This document shows, piece after piece, positions 57,516 through 64,000 of a stretch of DNA of 64,000 bases. The notes below the pieces were generated by a model. The model was not told the DNA's origin and ran no database searches. It was given only the letters and a program-made list of their open reading frames with translations. The stretch lies in assembly GCA_963792585.1 (NCBI GenBank), contig CAWBWI010000003.1, forward strand, positions 704,001-768,000, in the 5' to 3' direction. Position 1 is the stretch's first letter, and each line of letters opens with the position of its first letter. This DNA is from Candidatus Eiseniibacteriota bacterium. GTDB lineage: Bacteria; Eisenbacteria; RBG-16-71-46; CAIMUX01; VGJL01. Both the position numbers and the translations under genes were made by a program.

Positions 57516-59249
57516 TCAGCGGATACCGGCGACGAACGCGGCGATCGCTTCGCTCACCTCGGGGTCCACGTGGCCGGGGGCGAGGAGGCTCGTCGGCCCC
57601 GGCCGGCCCGCGATCGGAATGAAGTAGTGGCTCAGACCGGGGAATTCCCGGATGGTGACATTCTTCTTTCCCGCCTGCTCCGCGCTCGCCCTCCAGAGAT
57701 CGAGGTCGGCGGGGCCGGACAGGTGATCCTTACCGCCCTGGAGGATCAGGACGGGCCCGCGGAATGCGAGAAAGTCGGCGACGCGGTCCCTGTTCCGGTA
57801 GTCGCGCAGGTAGAGCCCCGTCATGCCGGTCACGCGGGATCGATCGGGGAGGGTGCCTGCCTGCACGCTGTCGACCTGGGACAGGACCCGCGCGTAGGTG
57901 GCCTCATCGTCGGGAGAGAGAGTCCCTTCCTCCCGCGCAAGGTCGCGAAGCCGGATGAAGCGATCTCGGGTGATTTCGTCCAGCGGGCGCAACGAGCCGG
58001 CCAGGATCACAAGGCCCGCCACCCGGCGATTCGCGCGCGCGATCGACGCGGCGAGGCTCCCGCCGAGGTCGTGCCCCACGATCACGATCCTCTCCGCGTT
58101 CACCTCGGTCTGCGACCGGAGAAAGTCGAGGGCGGCGAGCGCGTCGTCGATGACCTCCTCCTGCACCGTCATGGTCGTTGGATCGATGGTCGCCGGCGCG
58201 GCGAGAGTTCGCTTGTCGTAGCGCAGGCTGGCGATGCCGTTGACCGCGAGGGCGTGCGCGAGTTCGAGGAACGGCTGATTCGGGCCGATCGTCTCGTCGC
58301 GGTCGAGCGGTCCGGCCGCGTGGACGAGGAGCACGGTCCGGTACGGAATCGGCTGCCCGCCGCGCGGCAGGGTCAGGATCCCGTCGAGCTCCGTCTTCTT
58401 CGAGACGAATCGGACATTCCGCTCCACGAAGAGCATTCTCGTCGGCATGGACGGCTCGGTGCGAATCGCTGCGTCTCTGGCGCGGTCCGCCGCGCGATCG
58501 GCCGCTTGCGCGGAGGATGGCGCCTCCGACGGTTCAGGGATTCGCTCGTAACGGAGCGACTGCGTGGGGACGTCCACCGAGGCGAGACGCCCGGCGGAAT
58601 CGAACCGGAGGGTCTCGATGATCGCGCCGATGCGGAGTTCGACCGTCCGAGAACCGTCGGCCGCGGGCGTCATGGGTACGACGGCGGCGGGGACGATCGA
58701 TCCCACCTGCGGCACGACGACCCGAAGGGTCTCCGGACGGAATCCGCTCTGGGCAATTCGGCAGCCGAGGATCGCGAGATGATTGACCAACAGGTTGTCG
58801 AGAATGAACAGGTCCCCAGTCTCGACAAAGGATTTGTTGAAATTCCCCTGGGGGGACGCGATCGCGATGGTGAGCGAGTCTCCCTGACGAGTTGCCCGAA
58901 TCGTCTGGTCCTGACCGCCGATCCGCGCCTGCAGCGTGTAGCGGCCCAGCGAGTAATTGCGCGCGTCGAACTCGAGCGTCTGCGTGAGGGCGTAGGCCCG
59001 CCCGGGAAGCTGTCCCGTCGCCTCGGCGTTGACGCGCATCCATATGCCCGGCGACTCGGTCGCCCAGCGAATCGTCTCCTCTCCGGCCGGGTTCCCCAGT
59101 CGCACGAGGCGATAGCCGGCTTGTCCTTCCGCGGTCTCGAAGGTCCCGCAGCCCGCCGCCTCGATGACCCCTGGCAGACCCAAGGCGACTCCGAGGGCTA
59201 CCGACACGACGATCCTCCGGCGACCGATCCGCCCTGTCCAATCCGCCAT
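57516..59249 (-). CDS. Exported alpha/beta-fold hydrolase-like protein with GHDLGG nucleophile elbow
   Basis: Signal-like N-terminus; beta-rich N-domain; VHAAGPLDRDET, LRYDKR, GHDLGG, LQGGKD, LSHYF. Confidence 0.85.
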   Translation of the reverse strand: MADWTGRIGRRRIVVSVALGVALGLPGVIEAAGCGTFETAEGQAGYRLVRLGNPAGEETIRWATESPGIWMRVNAEATGQLPGRAYALTQTLEFDARNYSLGRYTLQARIGGQDQTIRATRQGDSLTIAIASPQGNFNKSFVETGDLFILDNLLVNHLAILGCRIAQSGFRPETLRVVVPQVGSIVPAAVVPMTPAADGSRTVELRIGAIIETLRFDSAGRLASVDVPTQSLRYERIPEPSEAPSSAQAADRAADRARDAAIRTEPSMPTRMLFVERNVRFVSKKTELDGILTLPRGGQPIPYRTVLLVHAAGPLDRDETIGPNQPFLELAHALAVNGIASLRYDKRTLAAPATIDPTTMTVQEEVIDDALAALDFLRSQTEVNAERIVIVGHDLGGSLAASIARANRRVAGLVILAGSLRPLDEITRDRFIRLRDLAREEGTLSPDDEATYARVLSQVDSVQAGTLPDRSRVTGMTGLYLRDYRNRDRVADFLAFRGPVLILQGGKDHLSGPADLDLWRASAEQAGKKNVTIREFPGLSHYFIPIAGRPGPTSLLAPGHVDPEVSEAIAAFVAGIR

Positions 59250-59363
59250 CGCTCGATCCTCCTGCGGTTTGGCTCCGACCCCGGGTGAGCCAAACTAGGC
59301 GTTCCCGAAAGAGGTCCTGAGCGATATCCTAAGCGGGAACCCGACACCTTGCGAGGAGCACGA

Positions 59364-60212
59364 ATGCCGAAAAAGAAGAACGATCCGCACCGCATCCCGC
59401 CCCTATCCGACGAGATGCTCGACCGGATCGATCTCGCCTGGGACGCCCTGGAGCGAGGGGACATCGAGACCGCCGGCCAGGCGGCCGAGGAACTGATGGA
59501 AGAGACCGAGGGGCATCCCGAGGTTCGCTTCCTGCTCGGCGCCGCCTTCCTGGAGAGCGGCTTCCCCCACGAGGCCATCGAGCAGCTCGAGGTCTCCGAC
59601 GGAAAGGTCGACAGCCCGAACGTCCACAACTACTACCTGGCTTCGTCCATGCACGAATTGTCCCGATTCGAGGAGGCCGAAGGCCTCTTTCGTCGGGTTC
59701 TGGAGATCGAGGAAGATCGAGCCCCGGTCGACTACGGTCTCGCGCAGGTGCTCGAGCACCTCGGCCGTTACGCCGAGGCGGAGGAGTGCTACGAGCGGGC
59801 CCACCGGGACGACGCCGAATCGTATGCGCTCCCGACGAGGATGCAGCGCGAGGCGTTCGAAAGGGTGGTTCAGGAGGCGGCGACGACCCTCTCGCCCGAG
59901 CTGGCGGTCCACCTGAGGAACGTGCCGATCATCGTGCAGGACCTTCCCGAGCGCGAGGTTCTGACCGACGACCAGGGGGACACGATCACCCCGTCGGTGC
60001 TCGGTCTCTTCATCGGGCGCAGCCTGAAGGAGCAGTCGGTCTTCAATCCTCCGGAGGTGCCCCCGACGATCTTCATCTACCAGCGCAACCTCGAGCGGAT
60101 CTGCCAGACGAAGGAAGAGCTGGTGCACGAGATCTACCTGACGCTCTATCACGAGCTCGGGCACTACATCGGATTCGAAGAAGACGAACTCGAGGCCCGC
60201 GGACTGGACTAG
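59364..60212 (+). CDS. TPR + Zincin_1-type metallopeptidase
   Basis: TPR helices; LGLFIG, IFIYQRNLE, LYHELGHYIG; GAGGAG RBS. Confidence 0.85.
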   Translation: MPKKKNDPHRIPPLSDEMLDRIDLAWDALERGDIETAGQAAEELMEETEGHPEVRFLLGAAFLESGFPHEAIEQLEVSDGKVDSPNVHNYYLASSMHELSRFEEAEGLFRRVLEIEEDRAPVDYGLAQVLEHLGRYAEAEECYERAHRDDAESYALPTRMQREAFERVVQEAATTLSPELAVHLRNVPIIVQDLPEREVLTDDQGDTITPSVLGLFIGRSLKEQSVFNPPEVPPTIFIYQRNLERICQTKEELVHEIYLTLYHELGHYIGFEEDELEARGLD

Positions 60213-60242
60213 CCGCACGGGCCCCGATCGAAGACGAACGCT

Positions 60243-60277
60243 GCGGGCACGGCCAACGCCGGTGCCCGCTTCTTCTT
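60243..60277 (+). terminator. Rho-independent terminator
   Basis: GCGGGCAC...GTGCCCGC stem followed by TTCTTCTT. Confidence 0.65.
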
Positions 60278-60788
60278 ACATCGGCGAGAAGCCGCGGTCG
60301 GAGAAGTAAGCGTCGCGCAGTTCCTTCTCGATCTCGAGGAACTGCCGGTGATGCCCCTCTTCCCAAGCGACGAGGTGCTGGAAGACGGCCCGAGTCTCCG
60401 GATCGTCCGACTGGGTCGAGACCTGCTTGTAGAAGTCGACCGCTTTGGCCTCGAGGTCGACGGCGATCGCGACAACGGCCATCTCGAAGTCGCCCCGGCG
60501 CAGCGAGCGGCGGAAGGCATCATCGATGATGAACTCCTCGACGTGCTCCTGCTCTTTCGGCTTCAGCTCCGTCTTGGCCCACTCGCCGGACTGGACGAGC
60601 GAGGCGTAGTGGGTCTCGAGGTACGTCTTGTGACGGCGCTCCTCGTCGGCGAGCATCTCGAACATCCGCCTCGCGTCGGGATCCTCCGCCTTCTTCGCGG
60701 CCGTCGAGTAGAGTTCGAGCCCCTTGATCTCGGTGATGATCGCAGTGCGCACCGCGTCGATCGCGCTCTGCAGCTGTTCCTTCCTCAT
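60276..60788 (-). CDS. Ferritin-like/rubrerythrin-domain protein
   Basis: AIITE..Y, LADEERRH, E..AVDFY, WEEGH; AAAGGAGG RBS. Confidence 0.88.
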   Translation of the reverse strand: MRKEQLQSAIDAVRTAIITEIKGLELYSTAAKKAEDPDARRMFEMLADEERRHKTYLETHYASLVQSGEWAKTELKPKEQEHVEEFIIDDAFRRSLRRGDFEMAVVAIAVDLEAKAVDFYKQVSTQSDDPETRAVFQHLVAWEEGHHRQFLEIEKELRDAYFSDRGFSPM

Positions 60789-60868
60789 CGCGCCTCCTTT
60801 GGGGGACTGACGTTCGACCGCTCTGAGGTTAGCCGATGGGGGGTGGATGTTCCAGCGGGATAACGGGC

Positions 60869-61774
60869 CTATTCGCAATCGGTTGCGCCGAGCCATGCGG
60901 CGCCCAGAACGCCCGCGGAATCGCCCAGCGCGTGCCGGCGGACCAGGGTCCGGACCTCGTCGTTGAAGAGATGCGGACGCATGAGCGCGGCGGCGTCCTC
61001 GGCGAGGCGTGGCGCCTTCGAGACGCCCCCTCCAAGAACGATCACGTCGGGATCGAGCAGGTTCACCACCTGAGATAGGGCAAAGCCGAAGCGCAAACGG
61101 TAGGCCTCGACCGCCTCACGGGCGACCGCCTCCCCGGCGGCCGCTCGCGCCCAGATCTCCTCGCAGGGGATGTCCGCGCCGCCCACCGATGCATACTGTC
61201 GTGCCATCCCGGGTCCGCTCAGGAAGGTCTCGACGCACCCGTTTCGCCCGCAGTAGCAGGAAGGCCCCGATCGGTCGAGGATCATGTGTCCCCACTCGCC
61301 CGCGATCCCCTGCGCGCCGGACCAGATCTTCCCGTCGAAGACGATCCCGCCGCCGACTCCGGTGCCGAGGATCACGCCGAAGATGCACCGCGCCCCCTTG
61401 CCGGCACCGTGCAACGCCTCCGCGAGGGCGAAGCAGTTTGCGTCGTTCTCGATTCGGATCGGCCGGCCGATCGCGCGCGTGAGATCTTCGCCTAGGGGCC
61501 TGCCGATCAACTCGACGGTGTTCGCGTTCTTCACCCGCCCGTGTGTCGTCGAGAGGATCCCGGGAATGCCGATGCCGAGGCTCGCCGAGGAATCGGCGGC
61601 CGCCGCCATGCACTCTCTTGCGAGCGTGGCGATCGCATCCAGGATCGCCTCGTAGCCAAGACCGCGCGGGGTCGCCACCCGCTTGCGAAAGAGCGGCTCG
61701 GTCGGGTGGTCCGCCAGGACGACTCCCTCGATCTTCGTTCCGCCCAGGTCGATTCCGATGCAGGGACGGGTCAC
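60869..61774 (-). CDS. ROK family sugar kinase
   Basis: GIDLGGTK, ENDANCFALAE, GTGVGGG, GEWGH, CYCG..GCVE; GTG overlaps the upstream stop. Confidence 0.92.
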   Translation of the reverse strand: MTRPCIGIDLGGTKIEGVVLADHPTEPLFRKRVATPRGLGYEAILDAIATLARECMAAAADSSASLGIGIPGILSTTHGRVKNANTVELIGRPLGEDLTRAIGRPIRIENDANCFALAEALHGAGKGARCIFGVILGTGVGGGIVFDGKIWSGAQGIAGEWGHMILDRSGPSCYCGRNGCVETFLSGPGMARQYASVGGADIPCEEIWARAAAGEAVAREAVEAYRLRFGFALSQVVNLLDPDVIVLGGGVSKAPRLAEDAAALMRPHLFNDEVRTLVRRHALGDSAGVLGAAWLGATDCE

Positions 61775-64000
61775 CGCGACCTCCGGGTGTGCGGTTGCGG
61801 CCTTCGACCTCCCTGCGGCTTCCAGTCGGGTTGGCGGGGAGGCTCGGGAGATCCGCCGAAGATCCCGAACCGCGCCTCGGCGCGCAAGCGCTGCAAGCCT
61901 TCTTCCGCCGCGCAGAGGCCGTTCCAGACGTCGCGATAGACCTGCAGGAGTTCCGTGCTCTCGTCCGCATCCTGCTCGAGCAACTCGAGGCGGAAGTGGG
62001 CGACGCCGAGACGCCTCAAGTCGGGGAGGAGGTGCAGCACGCTCTGGGCGCGCGCACCGAAAACAGTGTTGCGGCATCCGACGTCGGCGATGACCGCGTG
62101 CTCCTGCCCCGTCCGGTCCCGCAGGCGGATCGCATGGAGATCGCACGGCCGCCCGCACGTCCGCCAATCGGCGCCATCGCTCAGGAAGGCGGCGAAGACG
62201 CAATGCTCCGTATGGAAGACCGGGAGATGGTGGTGGAGCGGCACCTCGATCCGCGCCGCGGGCGTCGATCCGATCAGCCCGAGGAGCTGCTCTCCGTTCA
62301 GGTCGAGACCCGGGCTCACGCGCGCGCAACCGGCATCGAGGAGGACGGCGACCGAGTTCGGATTGACCGCGTTGAGCGACACGTCCGCGACCAGTGCGGG
62401 GGCATCGGCGATCGCTCCAAGGTGCTCGAGCGACGCGAGGTTGCGCACGAGGATCGCGTCGGGCTTGCGCGCGAGGAAGAAGTCCCAGATCCGCTCTTCG
62501 CCCGGTTTCTGGACGCGGGGAAGGGCGAGTGTCAGTTCCGCTCCGGCCTCGCGCACCGCCTCGGCGGCCGCGCGCAGGCCGACCAGATCGAGAAAGTCCA
62601 GGACGATGCGCTTCGCGTCCGCCAGAAGCGCCGCCTCGACCTGCTCGCGTGTTCGACAGAGGACGAGGAACGGATCGGTCGTGGGCGCGTCCGCGCCGCG
62701 GGCCCGGTCGATCCCGCCGACGGTCTCGGCGCGTTCCACCGCATCGCGCACAGGGGAGGGGATCGTCCAGAGGATCGCCTCCGCGTCGGCGGGGGGAGGC
62801 GCCCCCGCGGTCTCGCGCGTCGCCTCCATCCGATCCGCCCGCACGCTCTCCAGCGCCTCGACCGCCGCGCGCCGCATCCGGTTCAGTTCGCTCACCGGCA
62901 CGGCCAGTTCCCCGACGATTTCCACAAGCATTCGTTCGCACCGATAACGGGTCGCGCCGAGGCGTCCGAGATGCTCGCGCAGGACCGTCTCGTCGAGCGG
63001 GTGGACGATCGCCTCCTCGAGCGGACTCTCGGAGGCCGTCTCGACGGTCCGCCCTTCCGGGTCTCGGTAGGTCGCGCGGAGTTGCTCGCCCTCGGCGCCG
63101 CGCACCTCGATCTCGAGGGGAATCCGCTTGCGCTCGTTCGGGTCGCCGATCTGCCGCAGCAGGTTGGCCTGCAACAGGTGATCGTGCGTCAGGAAGACTT
63201 CGGAGCCGAGCCGGATCATCTGAGGATCGGGCCCCATCGAACGGCCGAACTGCACCCGGAAACGTCCGCCCGCGGCGGCATCGACGCCGAAAATCTTACC
63301 GCCCGTTTCGTTCTCCTCGAGCGGACCGAAGGCGATCAGCAGGCCGTCGCCCGGGCTGACCGAGGGTGCGCCCGGATCGGGGGCGATCTCGATCCACCCC
63401 CGCGCGAATGCAGAAACCGTTCCGACCCGCACGCCGCGATGCGAGCGGATGAAGCCGTCGACCAGAACCTGATGGTTGACCCCGCCGAGGAATCCCTCCG
63501 CGTTGCCGCGCGAGAAGACGCGCCGCGCCCTCTCAGCCTTCCGCTCGATCGTCACGTCCGCGGCGGCCGCCGCCCGCGCCATCGCGGAGGCGCTTCGGCC
63601 CGCCTCTTCCGCCTGCTTCTGTTCCCACGCCCGATCGACGGCCTCTCGATAGAGGGCCGTCGCGACCGAGACATACTCGGTCGACTTCATCCGTCCCTCG
63701 ATCTTGAGCCCGTGGATTCCCGCCGCCAGCAGTTCCGGAATCCGCCGGTACCCCTCGAGGTCCCGCGGGGAGAGCAGGAACGCGCGATCGCCGAGGTCGT
63801 GCTTCGCCCCGTCGACGATCAAGTCGTACGGTAGGCGGCAGGCCTGTGCGCACTGCCCGCGGTTCGCGGAGCGTCCACCCCACGCCTCGCTCGACAGGCA
63901 CTGCCCGGAATAGGAGACGCACAGCGCGCCGTGGACGAAGACCTCCAGTTCGATCGGCGAACCGGCCGCGAGGCGGCCGATCTCGGGCAGGGTCAACTCC
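61771..64000 (-). CDS. U32 family protein with DUF3656 (RlhA-like RNA hydroxylation protein), 5' end outside window
   Basis: FVHGALCVSYSGQC, SANRGQCAQACR, LKIEGRMK, LGRLGAT, HCVF...CGRPC. Confidence 0.88.
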   Translation of the reverse strand, partial: ELTLPEIGRLAAGSPIELEVFVHGALCVSYSGQCLSSEAWGGRSANRGQCAQACRLPYDLIVDGAKHDLGDRAFLLSPRDLEGYRRIPELLAAGIHGLKIEGRMKSTEYVSVATALYREAVDRAWEQKQAEEAGRSASAMARAAAAADVTIERKAERARRVFSRGNAEGFLGGVNHQVLVDGFIRSHRGVRVGTVSAFARGWIEIAPDPGAPSVSPGDGLLIAFGPLEENETGGKIFGVDAAAGGRFRVQFGRSMGPDPQMIRLGSEVFLTHDHLLQANLLRQIGDPNERKRIPLEIEVRGAEGEQLRATYRDPEGRTVETASESPLEEAIVHPLDETVLREHLGRLGATRYRCERMLVEIVGELAVPVSELNRMRRAAVEALESVRADRMEATRETAGAPPPADAEAILWTIPSPVRDAVERAETVGGIDRARGADAPTTDPFLVLCRTREQVEAALLADAKRIVLDFLDLVGLRAAAEAVREAGAELTLALPRVQKPGEERIWDFFLARKPDAILVRNLASLEHLGAIADAPALVADVSLNAVNPNSVAVLLDAGCARVSPGLDLNGEQLLGLIGSTPAARIEVPLHHHLPVFHTEHCVFAAFLSDGADWRTCGRPCDLHAIRLRDRTGQEHAVIADVGCRNTVFGARAQSVLHLLPDLRRLGVAHFRLELLEQDADESTELLQVYRDVWNGLCAAEEGLQRLRAEARFGIFGGSPEPPRQPDWKPQGGRRPQPHTRRSR

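Noticed and set aside
57237..59288. 683-aa plus-strand ORF (likewise 61543-63834 plus and 44870-46723 minus)
   Set aside because: Antisense shadows of well-supported genes.

Overview
High-GC bacterial DNA in two parts. Two secreted proteins with FlgD/T9SS-like C-terminal tails hint at an FCB-superphylum lineage such as Eisenbacteria; this is inference only. Part 1 (positions 1 to ~19,830) is the right-hand part of a genomic island integrated by a large serine recombinase into comM/yifB, which is cut exactly at the conserved AMNP|CPCG motif; the other end lies left of the window. The standout cargo is a tightly coupled three-gene operon: a bacterial gasdermin-like protein (226-1032), a signal-less M4/M36-like HExxH zinc metalloprotease (1050-2741) and an insertion-rich ComEC-type metallo-beta-lactamase-fold hydrolase (2725-4008). 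This is a candidate protease-triggered, two-effector cell-death/anti-phage system with a protease class not typical of described bacterial gasdermins. Further cargo: a two-gene PD-(D/E)xK nuclease unit, a kinase-degenerate NTPase-TPR gene divergent from a catalytically degenerate sigma54-type activator, a VirD4-like ATPase with a nuclease-like tail, a relic recombinase fragment and a pentapeptide-repeat gene. Part 2 (~19,830-64,000) is host chromosome: S46 dipeptidyl peptidase, a ~15 kb exopolysaccharide locus, a 1401-aa FN3-repeat surface protein, two S11 DD-carboxypeptidases, double-domain ThyX, AhpC, an RRM protein, a DUF222-like/HNH protein, SixA, M20 amidohydrolase, an alpha/beta hydrolase with Ser->Asp at the nucleophile, a ferritin-like protein, ROK kinase and a partial U32 protein. 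No rRNA, tRNA or CRISPR array was found. All family calls come from motifs read by eye and recalled family knowledge; no searches were run.
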